The translations under genes were made by a program, and so were the position numbers. From the NCBI GenBank assembly GCA_047602405.1, contig JASGHJ010000002.1, positions 928,001-992,000 on the forward strand: 64,000 bases of DNA. The letters are read 5' to 3'. Within the stretch, counting starts at the first letter, position 1; every line of letters starts with the position of its first letter. This document shows positions 31,049 through 41,310 of the stretch, one piece after another. Source of the DNA: Anaeromyxobacteraceae bacterium. Its GTDB lineage: Bacteria > Myxococcota > Myxococcia > Myxococcales > Anaeromyxobacteraceae. The notes beneath the pieces were generated by a model. It did no database searches. It worked only from the letters and a program-made list of their open reading frames with translations, and had not been told where the DNA came from.

Positions 31049-31840
31049 TCAAACTTCGCGCGCCTTGGCCTCGTCCCAGAGCGCGTCCATCTCCGCGAGG
31101 GTTGCCTCACCGTGGGGCACGCCGCGGCGTTCCAGCTCGCGCTCGACGTGCTCGAAGCGCGAGATGAACCGGCCCACTGCGGCGCGCAACGCCTCCTCCG
31201 GCGCGATGCCATGCTTGCGCGCAAGGTTCGCGGTCGCGAAGAGGAGGTCGCCGAGCTCGTGCTCGATCTCCTTCGAGTTGCCGCCCGCCACCGCCTCGTC
31301 CAGCTCGGCGAGCTCCTCCGCCACCTTGGCCCGGGCGCCCGACGCGTCGGGCCAATCGAAGCCGATCCGGCTCGCCTTCTCGGTCAGGCGGTCGGCCCGG
31401 GCGAGGGCCGGCATCTCCCGGGGAACGCCCTCGAGCACGCTCTTGCCGCCGCCCCTGGCCTTCTTCTCGGCCCGCTTCAGCTGGGCCCACTGCCTGAGCA
31501 CGCCCTCGGCGTCCTTCACCTGCGAGTCGCCGAACACGTGGGGGTGGCGGGAGACGAGCTTGTTCGAGATCGCCTCCGCCACGTCGGCGAAGTCGAACCG
31601 GCCCTCCTCCTTGCGGAGCTGCGCCTGGAAGACGATCTGCAGGAGGAGGTCGCCGAGCTCCTCGCAGTGCTCCCGGACGTCGCCGCCGTCGATCGCCTCG
31701 AGGACCTCGTAGGTCTCCTCGAGCACGTAGGGGCGGAGGGTGTGGAGGGTCTGCTCGCGGTCCCAGGGACAGCCGTCCGGGGCGCGCAGGCGCTCCATGA
31801 TGCCGAGGAGCCGCTCGAGGGCGGCGGTGGCGCTCTTCAT
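31049..31840 (-). CDS. mazG: nucleoside triphosphate pyrophosphohydrolase MazG
   Basis: GCPWDREQT, EETYE, EELGDLLLQ, RHPHVF, GFDWP. Confidence 0.96.
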   Translation of the reverse strand: MKSATAALERLLGIMERLRAPDGCPWDREQTLHTLRPYVLEETYEVLEAIDGGDVREHCEELGDLLLQIVFQAQLRKEEGRFDFADVAEAISNKLVSRHPHVFGDSQVKDAEGVLRQWAQLKRAEKKARGGGKSVLEGVPREMPALARADRLTEKASRIGFDWPDASGARAKVAEELAELDEAVAGGNSKEIEHELGDLLFATANLARKHGIAPEEALRAAVGRFISRFEHVERELERRGVPHGEATLAEMDALWDEAKAREV

Positions 31841-31887
31841 GCGCGTCTTATTACCCCGGACGACGCCGTGTTAGCATCCCGACGCGC

Positions 31888-34002
31888 GTGCGCACCCGCG
31901 TCACCACGCTCTGGCCCCACCTCGTCGGGGCACTCCTCCTCGGGGGCATCCTCGCGGCGCCCGCGCGCGCGCAGGTCGCCGCGCCGAAGCTCGTCGAGGA
32001 GAGCGAGGAGACGACCGAGGAGCCGCAGCAGGAGCCGGCCCGGCCGCCGTCGCGCCCGGGGCAGGCCGCCCCGGCCCCCGCGCCCGGCACGGCCCCGCCC
32101 ACGACCGGCCAGGCCGCCCCCGCCGCCTCCCCGGCGCCGGGCGACGCGGTCGTCCCGCCGCCGCCGCCCCCGCCCCCCGCGCCGACCGCCGAGCTCGTGC
32201 GCGAGATCATGCCGGTGAAGGTCACCCAGGACACGCTCCTCGCCCACTGGACCGCCCGGCGCGTCGCGGTGCGCGAGGGCGACCCGGTGAAGGCGGAGCA
32301 GGCCGCGCAGGAGCTCCTCGCGGTGAAGCGCGCGCTCGGCATCGACGACCTCGACGCGATGTCCGCCGCGGAGGTGCGGGAGTCGCGCCGGGCCCTCCAG
32401 CAGAACGGCTCCGCCCGCGCGCTCGCGCACGCGGAGCTCGCCGTCGAGCTCGCGCCGGACCAGGCCGACGCCCACCTCGCGCTCGCGCGCGCGCGGCTCG
32501 CCCACGCGCCCGGCGACCCCGGCCAGGTGTTCGCCGCGCTCGGCGGCGCCCTCGGCGCGGGCGCGCGGGACCCGCACACCGCGCGCGCCTTCGTCGCCGA
32601 CGTCGTCGGCGCCGGGCTCGTCGCGGTCTTCCTCGCCGCGCTCGCGGTCGTGACCGTCCTCCTCGCGCGCCACCTGCGCCGACTCCTGCACGACCTGCAG
32701 CACCTGCCGCTCGTCGGCGCCGCCGGCGTCCAGGCCGCGTTCCTGGCCCTCATCCTGCTCGCCGCGCCGGCCGTGCTCGGCGCCGGCCCGTTCCTCGTGG
32801 TCGCGGTCTGGGCCCTCGCGTCGTTCATGTACCAGTCCGCGCGGGAGCGGCTTGTGACCCTCGCGGCGGTGGCGGCCATCGCCGCCATGCCGTGGGCGGC
32901 GGGCGTGGTCGCCCGGCAGACCTGGTGGACCGGGACGCTCGCCGAGCAGATCGACGCGTTCGAGCGCGGGTCTCCGTCGGCCGAGGAGGCCGCCGCGCTC
33001 GCCGCGCGCGCGAACGACGCGCCCGCGCCGGCGATGGTCCACGCGGCGCTGGGCCGGTACCACAAGCGGCGGGGCGAGCTCGACGAGGCGCTCAGGCTCT
33101 ACCAGCGCGCGGCCGAGGCCGACCCCCGCGCCGCCGACGTGAGCGTCAACACCGGCAACGTGCTCCTCCTGCGGGGGGACGTCGAGGGCGCGAAGGCGGC
33201 GTACCTCTCCGCCACCGACCGGGCGGGCGGCGACCTCGTGGTGCTCGCCGCCGCGCACTACAACCTCTCGAAGCTCTACCTGCGCACCTCCGACATGGAG
33301 AAGAGCGCCGCGGCGCGGGAGCGGGCCGAGAGCGAGGGCGCCGACTTCCTGCGCCGGTACGGCTCGGACGACGACTTCTCGGCGAACCGCTACGTGGTCG
33401 ACGTCCCGGTGTCGCGCGAGCGCCTCGTGACGATGGCGCGCGACGAGGCCAATCCCGAGCTCGTGCGGAACTGGCTCCGCGCCCGCCTCGCCGGCACCCT
33501 CCCGGGCGCGTGGCTCACCGGCGCGAGCGCGCTGCTCGCGGCGCTGCTCGGCGCGTCCGCCCTGGCGGCCCGCCGGCTCATGCCCTCCCGGGCGTGCGAG
33601 CGCTGCGGCGGGGCGAGCTGCCGCCGCTGCGATCGCAACGCCGCCGGGATGTGCGGCGCCTGCATCAACGTCTTCACGCGCAAGGGCGTGGTCGACGCGC
33701 GCGACCGCCTCCGCAAGGAGTCGGAGGTCCGCCGGCACGAGCGGTGGTCGCGGCTGTCGACCCGGGCGCTCGCCATCGCCGGCGGCGGGGTGGGGCAGCT
33801 CTGGAGCGGCCGGCCGTTCCTCGGCACGGTGCTCGTGCTCGGGATGCTCTTCCTCGCGGTGGTGGTGGGGCTGTGGCGGGGGCTCCTGCCGCCGCCGCTG
33901 CCCACCCCGTACGTCCTCGGCGGGAAGCTCCTCGTGGCGCTGCCGCTCGGGCTCGGCTTCTGGCTCGTCGCGGTGCGGGACGCCTTCCGGAGGACCGAGT
34001 AG
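31888..34002 (+). CDS. TPR-containing membrane protein with Cys cluster
   Basis: Signal peptide, TM segments, TPR-like helices, CERCGGASCRRC...CGAC. Confidence 0.75.
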   Translation: MRTRVTTLWPHLVGALLLGGILAAPARAQVAAPKLVEESEETTEEPQQEPARPPSRPGQAAPAPAPGTAPPTTGQAAPAASPAPGDAVVPPPPPPPPAPTAELVREIMPVKVTQDTLLAHWTARRVAVREGDPVKAEQAAQELLAVKRALGIDDLDAMSAAEVRESRRALQQNGSARALAHAELAVELAPDQADAHLALARARLAHAPGDPGQVFAALGGALGAGARDPHTARAFVADVVGAGLVAVFLAALAVVTVLLARHLRRLLHDLQHLPLVGAAGVQAAFLALILLAAPAVLGAGPFLVVAVWALASFMYQSARERLVTLAAVAAIAAMPWAAGVVARQTWWTGTLAEQIDAFERGSPSAEEAAALAARANDAPAPAMVHAALGRYHKRRGELDEALRLYQRAAEADPRAADVSVNTGNVLLLRGDVEGAKAAYLSATDRAGGDLVVLAAAHYNLSKLYLRTSDMEKSAAARERAESEGADFLRRYGSDDDFSANRYVVDVPVSRERLVTMARDEANPELVRNWLRARLAGTLPGAWLTGASALLAALLGASALAARRLMPSRACERCGGASCRRCDRNAAGMCGACINVFTRKGVVDARDRLRKESEVRRHERWSRLSTRALAIAGGGVGQLWSGRPFLGTVLVLGMLFLAVVVGLWRGLLPPPLPTPYVLGGKLLVALPLGLGFWLVAVRDAFRRTE

Positions 34003-34005
34003 GCC

Positions 34006-35175
34006 ATGGCGCTCCGGGGCACGCTCAGGGACTTCGGGATCGCCGAGATCCTCCAGCTCATCGGCCAGCAGGCGAAGAGCGGCATCCTCCACCTCGCCTC
34101 GCGCGAGGACGAGATCCACATCACCATCGCCGACGGCAACCTCGTCGGGGCCGAGTCCGCCCGCCGGCAGGCGCGCGACCGCCTCGGCAACATGCTCGTC
34201 CGCGCCGAGATCATCACCAACGAGGAGCTCGAGCACGCGCTCGACCTCCAGAAGCGCAGCCTGCGCCGCCTCGGCGACGTGCTGATGGAGCTCGGCTACA
34301 TCTCGATGGAGGAGCTGAAGGAGACGACGGCGCTCCAGACCACCGAGACCGTCTACCGGCTCTTCGCCTGGAAGAGCGGCGACTACTCCTTCGACGCGCA
34401 GGACGTCGACTGGGACCCGTACACGGTGACGCCGCTGCGCGCCGAGTCGGTCCTCATGGAGGGGTTCCGGCAGGTCGACGAGTGGCCGCTGATCCGCAAG
34501 CGCATCAGCTCGCGGGGGATGACCTTCGAGCGGCTGAAGCACCTCGACCCCGGCGAGAAGACGAGCTCGCGCCCCATCCCGAGGGACGACGTCGACGCCG
34601 CGTTCGACGATCTCGGCGAGGCGCCCGCCGAGAAGAAGGGCGAGTTCGCCACGCTCGGCGCGAACGAGCGGAAGGTCTACGAGCTCGCGCTGCCCGGGCG
34701 GACCGTCGAGAAGGTCGTCGACCTCTCGCGCCTCGGCGAGTTCGAGACGTGCAAGGCGCTCCTCAACCTCGTCAACCTCGGGTACCTGAAGGCCATCGGC
34801 CCGGCGGGGCGGTCCGGGCACGTCGACGCCGCGCAGGTCTCGGCGCTCGCCACCCGGGTGCTCGCCACCATCGCGCTCGCGTGCGCGCTCGCCGGGCTCG
34901 TGTACTGGTTCGACCAGCGCGCGCTCGCGGCCCAGGGCGAGACCGCGCTCGCCGACAACGCGGGCCAGCGGTACCTGTCGCGGTACCAGGTCGCCCGGCT
35001 CCGGTCGGCGCTCGACGTCTTCCGGCTCGAGCGGGGCGGGTACCCGGCCGGCCTGAACGAGCTCGTGGAGGCCGGGATCGTGGACGAGGTCGACCTCCGG
35101 CACCCCTGGTCGACGCCTTACTTCTACCGGCGCACCCCCCAGGGCTCCTACGTCCTGCTGGCGCCGGTCGAGTAG
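34006..35175 (+). CDS. DUF4388-domain protein with C-terminal GspG-like segment
   Basis: MALRGTLRDFGIAEILQLI..KSGIL; one TM; ALDVFRLERGGYP..L..L...HPWSTPYFY. Confidence 0.8.
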   Translation: MALRGTLRDFGIAEILQLIGQQAKSGILHLASREDEIHITIADGNLVGAESARRQARDRLGNMLVRAEIITNEELEHALDLQKRSLRRLGDVLMELGYISMEELKETTALQTTETVYRLFAWKSGDYSFDAQDVDWDPYTVTPLRAESVLMEGFRQVDEWPLIRKRISSRGMTFERLKHLDPGEKTSSRPIPRDDVDAAFDDLGEAPAEKKGEFATLGANERKVYELALPGRTVEKVVDLSRLGEFETCKALLNLVNLGYLKAIGPAGRSGHVDAAQVSALATRVLATIALACALAGLVYWFDQRALAAQGETALADNAGQRYLSRYQVARLRSALDVFRLERGGYPAGLNELVEAGIVDEVDLRHPWSTPYFYRRTPQGSYVLLAPVE

Positions 35176-35192
35176 CGCCGCTCCCCGCGTCC

Positions 35193-35247
35193 GTCGAAGG
35201 GCCTGCCCCGAGCCTGTCGAAGGGCCTGCCCTGAGCCTGTCGAAGGG
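35193..35247. repeat. 23-bp tandem REP-like repeat (about 2.4 copies)
   Basis: GTCGAAGGG at 35193, 35216 and 35239; unit GTCGAAGGGCCTGCCCYGAGCCT. Confidence 0.85.
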
Positions 35248-35296
35248 TGCCTCCGGCCCCGGGTCCGGTTATCGTAGGACCGGAGGCCGACCCCAC

Positions 35297-36358
35297 TTGG
35301 CTCAGAGCGCAGCGGAACCCCTGAAGTCCACCCGCCTCGAGTTCCCCGACAACGACAAGGTCCGCGCGCTGTGCGGCGCGCACTCGGAGCACTTGAAGCT
35401 CATCGAGAAGCGGCTCGGCGTGCAGCTCGGGCTGCGCGGCGGGCAGCTCGTCGTGGCGGCGGCCGAGGAGGCGCGCGTGAAGCTCGCGGAGGGGCTCCTG
35501 CGCGAGCTGTACGACCTCGTCGTCGCGGGCTACCCGCTCTACCTCGAGGACGTGGACCAGGCGACGAAGCTCGCCGGGCAGGGCGTGCCGCTCAAGGAGG
35601 TCTTCGGCGACACCGTCTTCGTCTCGTCGCGCCACCGGATCATCACGCCGAAGGGGCTCGCGCAGAAGCGCTACATCGAGGCGATCCGCGACCAGGACAT
35701 CGTCTTCGGCATCGGCCCCGCGGGCACCGGCAAGACGTACCTCGCGATGGCGATGGCCGTCGCGTTCCTGGTGGAGCGCAAGGTGAAGCGGATCGTGCTC
35801 ACCCGCCCGGCGGTCGAGGCGGGCGAGAAGCTCGGCTTCCTCCCCGGCGACATCGCGGAGAAGGTGAACCCGTACCTGCGCCCGCTGCACGACGCGCTCT
35901 TCGACATGGTGGACGAGGAGAAGGCCAACGCCTTCATCGAGCGCGGCACGGTCGAGGTCGCGCCGCTCGCCTTCATGCGCGGGCGCACGCTCAACGACGC
36001 CTTCATCATCCTCGACGAGGCGCAGAACACCACCGAGGAGCAGATGAAGATGTTCCTCACGCGCCTCGGCTACGGCTCGAAGGCGGTGGTCACCGGCGAC
36101 GTCACGCAGGTCGACCTGCCGACCAGCCGCTCCTCGGGCCTGGTGGAGGTCCAGAAGATCCTGAAGAGCGTCGAGGGCGTCTCGTTCTGCCACTTCAGCG
36201 AGGTCGACGTGGTGCGCCACCCGCTCGTGCAGGAGGTCGTCCGCGCCTACGACCAGTACGACGCGGAGCGGAAGGCCCGGGTCGAGGATCGGCGGCGCGA
36301 GCAGGCGCCGGCCGCGCCGGCGGTTGCGGCCGATACCCCGCCGGGCGACCCGCGTTAG
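35297..36358 (+). CDS. phoH: PhoH-family ATPase
   Basis: GPAGTGKTYLA, RPAVEAGEKLGFLPGD, MRGRTL, DEAQN, VVRHPLV. Confidence 0.96.
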   Translation: MAQSAAEPLKSTRLEFPDNDKVRALCGAHSEHLKLIEKRLGVQLGLRGGQLVVAAAEEARVKLAEGLLRELYDLVVAGYPLYLEDVDQATKLAGQGVPLKEVFGDTVFVSSRHRIITPKGLAQKRYIEAIRDQDIVFGIGPAGTGKTYLAMAMAVAFLVERKVKRIVLTRPAVEAGEKLGFLPGDIAEKVNPYLRPLHDALFDMVDEEKANAFIERGTVEVAPLAFMRGRTLNDAFIILDEAQNTTEEQMKMFLTRLGYGSKAVVTGDVTQVDLPTSRSSGLVEVQKILKSVEGVSFCHFSEVDVVRHPLVQEVVRAYDQYDAERKARVEDRRREQAPAAPAVAADTPPGDPR

Positions 36359-36398
36359 AGGTTGCGAGGGGCGGGCGGCGGGTGCGACTCTGCGCCCG

Positions 36399-38721
36399 GT
36401 GCCGCCCCCCACCCCGCCGCCCGCGCCCCCGAGGCCGGACCTGGCCACGCCCCGAGTGGACTGGATGGGGCGCGGGGTGCGCCTGCTGGTGCTCGCCGCG
36501 GTCGGGCTGACCGCCGCGCTCGTGCTCGCGCCCGCCGATCCGAGCCGCTTCCCCGGCGCGGAGGCGCTCGGGAAGCCCGCGCCCTTCACCATCACCGCCG
36601 ACCGCGACTACGACCTCGCCGACGGCGACGCCACCGCCCGCCGCCGCAGCGAGGCGGCCGCGGCGCAGCCGCCGGTGTGGGATCTCGACGGCGGCGCCTC
36701 CGACGAGGCGGCGGCCCGCATCCGCGCCGCCTTCGAGCGCATGCGGGAGCTCGAGGCCGAGGCGCGGCAGCGGGCGGCGCCGGGGCGGGAGGCGCAGGAG
36801 CTCCAGCGGGCGTGGGCCGCGGGGCGCGACGGGTTCGTCTCGCGCCTGCAGGTCATCCCCTCCGACGAGGATCTCGCCGCGCTCGCGTCGGTCCGCTTCG
36901 CGGAGGCCCCCGAGCTCGCCCTCGCCGCGCTCGCCCACGCGGGCCTCGACGGGCTCGTGGTGCAGGACCCGCAGCTGTTGCCGCCGGAGCGCGATCGCGG
37001 CCTCGTGGTGAGGGTGGTGCGGGACGGCGCCGTCCAGGGCGAGCGGACGCTGCTCGACCTCGGGGCGGTGCGGAGCGTGGAGCGCGCGCGCGAGGAGATC
37101 GCGCGGCAGGCGCCGGCGTTCCTCGCGTCCGAGCCGCCCCGCGCCCGCGCCGCGCTCGCGCGCATCGCGGCCGCCATGGTCCGCCCGACGCTCGTCAACA
37201 ACCAGGCCGAGACCGACCGGCGGCGGGCCGAGGCCGCCGCGGCGGTGAAGCCGGTCTTCGTGGCGGTGAAGCGCGGCGAGAAGATCGTGGGCGACGGCGA
37301 GCGCATCGAGCGGCGCCACCTCGTGCTCATCCAGGGGATGCGCGCCGAGCGCCGCGGGGAGGGGCTCCTCGGCGTGCGGGTCGGCGCCGGCGTCCTCGTC
37401 GCCGCCATGTGCGCCGTGCTCTGGGCGTTTGCGCGGCGGAACCTCCCGCGCTTCCGCCCGGCCCGGCGGGACGCGGTCCTGCTCGGCGGCCTCCTCTCGG
37501 TGACGCTCGCCCTCGGCGCCGCCGGCTTCGCCGCGATGGACGCGCTCGAGGCGAAGTTCCCGGCGTTCCCGTCGCCCTCCCTCCACTACCTCGTGCCGGT
37601 CGCCGCGGGCGCCATGATCGCCGGGCAGGTGCTCTCCTCCGAGAATCGCGCTCCTCTTCGGCATCGCCGCCGGGCTCGCGACCGGGCTCGTCGCGAACGC
37701 CTCGGCCTCCTTCGCCGTCTTCGCGACCACGACCTCGGTCGTCGCCGCCGGGGCGTTCCCCGGCGCGCAGGACCGGGCGAGCCCGTTCCGCGCCGCGGCC
37801 ACGGTGGGGCTCGTCGGCGCCGCGATCGCGGTCGCCACCGCCGCCGCCGACGGGCGCGCGCTGCAGGAGGTGGCGGTCGCCGGCATCACCGCGCTCGCGG
37901 GCGGGGCGCTCCTCCTCCCGGTGGCGGTGCTCGCGGCGCTGCCGCTCGTGGAGCGGGCGTTCGGCTACGTCACCGACGGCAAGCTCCTCGAGCTCGCGAG
38001 CCTGAACCACCCCGCGCTGAAGGAGCTCATCCTCCAGGCGCCCGGCACGTACCACCACTCCATCCGGATGGGCACGCTCGTGGAGGCGGCGGCGAGCGCG
38101 GTGGGCGCGAACCCGCTGCTCGCGAAGGTCTGCGCCTACTACCACGACATCGGCAAGATCCGGAACCCGGCCTACTTCGCCGAGAACCTCCGCGGCGAGA
38201 ACAAGCACGACGGGCTCGCGCCGTCGATGAGCGCGCTCATCGTGAAGCGGCACGTGACCGACGGCCTCGAGCTCGCCCGGCAGTGGCGGCTGCCCCGCCC
38301 GGTGGCCGACGCCATCGCCCAGCACCACGGCACCCGGCTCGTCGCGTACTTCTGGGCGCGCGCGCGGGCCGGGGAGGGCGCCACCCGCGTCGCGCCGGAC
38401 GAGCCGCTGTTCCGTTACCCCGGGCCGCGGCCCCAGACCCGCGAGGCGGCGCTGGTGCTGCTCGCGGACGTCTGCGAGGCCTCGGCGCGGGAGCTCGAGC
38501 GCGCCGACGAGCCGGGCCTGCACGCCCTCGTGCGGCGGCGGATCCAGGAGGCCTTCGAGGAGGGCCAGCTCGACGCGTGCGATCTCACCCTGCGGGACCT
38601 CGGCCTCATCGGGGACGCCCTGGCCCGCTCCCTCCTGGCGCTCCAGCCTGCGCAGCGCGCCGAGCCCCCGCGAGAGGGCGGGGAGCGGCCCTCCCCGGTG
38701 AAGCTGGTCGGCGAGCCGTGA
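36399..38721 (+). CDS. membrane HD (HDIG) phosphohydrolase, PgpH/7TM-HD-like, with apparent frameshift near 37644 (start uncertain)
   Basis: Extracytoplasmic domain, TM helices, APGTYHHS, YYHDIGK, QHHGT, LAD; phoH-HD-ybeY order. Confidence 0.85.
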
Positions 38722-39317
38722 CCGTCCGTGCGCGCTCGGAGCACCGGAGGGGCGCGGCGGCGCTCCGGCGCCTGCGGACCCGGGCCGAGGCCTACCTCGA
38801 CGCCCTCGGCCGCGGGGAGGCGGAGCTCTCGGTGCTGCTCGTGACCGACCGGCGGATCCGGACCCTCAACCGGGAGTGGCGGGGAAAGGACCAGGCCACC
38901 GACGTCCTGTCCTTCCCCCAGTCGGAGCCCCCCGGACATGGGCCGCTGCTGGGTGACGTGGTAATCTCCTTGGACACCGCCGCGCGGAGGGCTGACGAGG
39001 ACGGCCGGCCCGTCGGCGTGGAGCTGGACCGTTACCTCGCGCACGGCCTCCTCCACCTGCTCGGGTTCGATCACGAGCGGGCCGGGGACGCGAAGGTGAT
39101 GGCGGAGCACGAGGAGCGGCTGGTCCGCGTCGAGGGGCTCGTCGGCGCGGCACTGAACGAGGCGGCACGGAAGCCGGAGCGGAGCAAGTCGACCCCGCAG
39201 GGCGACGGAACGGACGGATGGACCCGTACGCGGACATCGACCTCGACTCGGAGTCGGTCTGGCTCGACGGCGCGTGGTTCACGCGCGAGGAGCTCGCGCA
39301 CAAGATCCGCGAGATGA
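38718..39317 (+). CDS. ybeY: rRNA maturation factor YbeY
   Basis: LNREWRGKD..TDVLSF, HGLLHLLGFDH. Confidence 0.93.
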   Translation: MTVRARSEHRRGAAALRRLRTRAEAYLDALGRGEAELSVLLVTDRRIRTLNREWRGKDQATDVLSFPQSEPPGHGPLLGDVVISLDTAARRADEDGRPVGVELDRYLAHGLLHLLGFDHERAGDAKVMAEHEERLVRVEGLVGAALNEAARKPERSKSTPQGDGTDGWTRTRTSTSTRSRSGSTARGSRARSSRTRSAR

Positions 39318-39619
39318 TCGAGCAGGGCGACTTCCGCGTCTCCCGCCCCAGCCAGGCCCTCGAGCGGCTCGAGGCCGCCATCGGCCAGGCCCGCACCGTC
39401 AACGTCCGGATGCCCATGGACCTCGCCGAGGCGGTCACCGCCACGGCGCACCGCCTCGGGCGGCCGGTCGGCCACCTCGTGCGGGAGGCCGTGTCGTACT
39501 ACCTCGCGGCCGCGGCGGCGTACGGCCTCGCCGATGCGCCGGCGGCGGAGCCCGAGGCCGCGCCCGCCGAGGCGCCCGGGCAGGCCGGCGAGGCCGCCCC
39601 GGCCCGCAAGGCCACCTGA
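39218..39619 (+). CDS. hypothetical protein with ribbon-helix-helix-like C-terminus
   Basis: TVNVRMPMDLAEAV...LGRPVGHLVREAV; GC-rich codon pattern. Confidence 0.65.
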   Translation: MDPYADIDLDSESVWLDGAWFTREELAHKIREMIEQGDFRVSRPSQALERLEAAIGQARTVNVRMPMDLAEAVTATAHRLGRPVGHLVREAVSYYLAAAAAYGLADAPAAEPEAAPAEAPGQAGEAAPARKAT

Positions 39620-39634
39620 CCCTCCCGCTCGACC

Positions 39635-41296
39635 GTGAAGCGCCTCGTCCCATTCTGGGTGGCGGCCGGGTCCGGCCTCGCGATGTCGCTCGCGCTCCCG
39701 CTCGTCGTGCGGGCGCTCTCGCTCCGCGAGCTCGACCCCGCGGGCTGGCTCGAGCCGGTCGCCTGGGTGGCGCTCGTGCCGGCGATCCTCGCGCTCCGGG
39801 CCGCACCGCGCCCGGGACGCGCGGCGCTCCTCGGCCTCGCGGCGGGGCTCGCGTACTTCTACGCCTCCATCCACTGGGTCTCGCACGCGATGACCGCGTT
39901 CGGCGGGGTCCCCGGCGCGCTCGCGTTCCTCGGCCTCACGCTGCTCGTGGGGTACATGGCGGCCCACTGGGCCGCGGCCTTCGCGATCTCGGCGGCGCTG
40001 CGCGCCCGCCTCGGCTGGCCGCTGTGGGCGCAGCTCCCGCCGGTCTGGGCCGCGCTCGAGCTCTGCCGCAACTACTTCCTCACCGGCTTCCCCTGGGCGA
40101 ACCTCGGCTACACGCAGGTCCGCACGCCCTGGGTCGCGCAGCTCGCCTCCGCGACCGGGGTGTATGGCATCGCGGCCCTCGTCGTGCTCGTGAACGCGGT
40201 GCTCGCCGAGGTGATCGCGGCGCGGCGGGAGCACCGCCCGGCGCCGGGGCGCGCGCTCGCGGTCGCGGGCGCGGCGGTCGTGCTCACGCTCGCCTACGGC
40301 GCCGCGCACCTGTCCGGCGTGCGCGACCGGATGCAGGACGCGCCGAGCTTCTCGGTGGGCATCGTCCAGCCCAACGTCGACCAGTCGCGGAAGAACCGGG
40401 CGCGCGACAACGCGGGCTACATCCTGCCTCGGCTCGTCACGCCGACCGTCGAGGCCGACCGCGCCGGGGCCGACCTCGTGGTCTGGCCCGAGGCCTCGTA
40501 CCCGATCTACGTGCCGGCCGGCACGCGGAGCTTCGCGGGGGCGTGGTCGGGGATCCCGCCGCTCGAGCACGCGCACCTCCTCGCCGGGGTCGCGACGTTC
40601 GAGTACTTCACCGACCCCGAGACCGGGAAGCGGCGCGGCCGGGTCGCGAACCAGAACCAGCTGCTCTCGCCGTCGCTCGAGGTGCTCGGCACCTACCAGA
40701 AGAACCACCTCGTGCCCTTCGGCGAGTACGTGCCGCTCGCGAAGTACCTCAGGTTCCTGCACCAGGTCGTGCCGAGCTTCGCGCCGTCCGCGCCGGGGGC
40801 GGAGCTCGTCCAGCTCTCCTTCGCGCCGGCCGGGGGCGGGGCGCCGGTGCGGCTCGCGCCCATGATCTGCTTCGACGCGATCTTCCCGGAGATCAACCTC
40901 GCCTACGCGCGCCAGGCCCCGGAGCCGGACGTGCTCGTGAACGCGACGAACGACGCGTGGTACGGCCACTCGGCGGGCCCCTACCAGTTCCTCGCCATCG
41001 TGCGCATGCGCGCCATCGAGGCGGAGCGCTCGGTGATCCGTGCGGCCTACGCCGGCGTCTCGGCGGTGATCCTGCCGACCGGCGAGGTCGCCCCCGGGGC
41101 GGTCGAGGTGGGGCCGGTCGAGCCGGAGGACGCGCCCCGGGAGGAGCCGCCCCGGCTGCTCCTCGCCGACGTGCCGCGGTTGCACGGCCGGACCCTGTAC
41201 ACCATCATCGGCGACGCGTTCGCGTATGCGTGCGCCGCCTTCACCGCGGCCGCGCTCGCCGCGTCGATCGTCCGCGCCCGCCGCGCGCGCACGTAA
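39635..41296 (+). CDS. lnt: apolipoprotein N-acyltransferase
   Basis: GFPW, VQPN, VWPE, K.HLVPFGEYVP, ICFD, TNDAWY, RAIE. Confidence 0.95.
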   Translation: MKRLVPFWVAAGSGLAMSLALPLVVRALSLRELDPAGWLEPVAWVALVPAILALRAAPRPGRAALLGLAAGLAYFYASIHWVSHAMTAFGGVPGALAFLGLTLLVGYMAAHWAAAFAISAALRARLGWPLWAQLPPVWAALELCRNYFLTGFPWANLGYTQVRTPWVAQLASATGVYGIAALVVLVNAVLAEVIAARREHRPAPGRALAVAGAAVVLTLAYGAAHLSGVRDRMQDAPSFSVGIVQPNVDQSRKNRARDNAGYILPRLVTPTVEADRAGADLVVWPEASYPIYVPAGTRSFAGAWSGIPPLEHAHLLAGVATFEYFTDPETGKRRGRVANQNQLLSPSLEVLGTYQKNHLVPFGEYVPLAKYLRFLHQVVPSFAPSAPGAELVQLSFAPAGGGAPVRLAPMICFDAIFPEINLAYARQAPEPDVLVNATNDAWYGHSAGPYQFLAIVRMRAIEAERSVIRAAYAGVSAVILPTGEVAPGAVEVGPVEPEDAPREEPPRLLLADVPRLHGRTLYTIIGDAFAYACAAFTAAALAASIVRARRART

Positions 41297-41310
41297 GGAG
41301 AGCCAGGCAC

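Noticed and set aside
35193..35247. CRISPR array
   Set aside because: Contiguous tandem units with no unique spacers; no cas genes
39218..39317. 100-bp overlap between ybeY and the next gene as dual coding
   Set aside because: The YbeY tail is low-complexity run-on past the conserved domain
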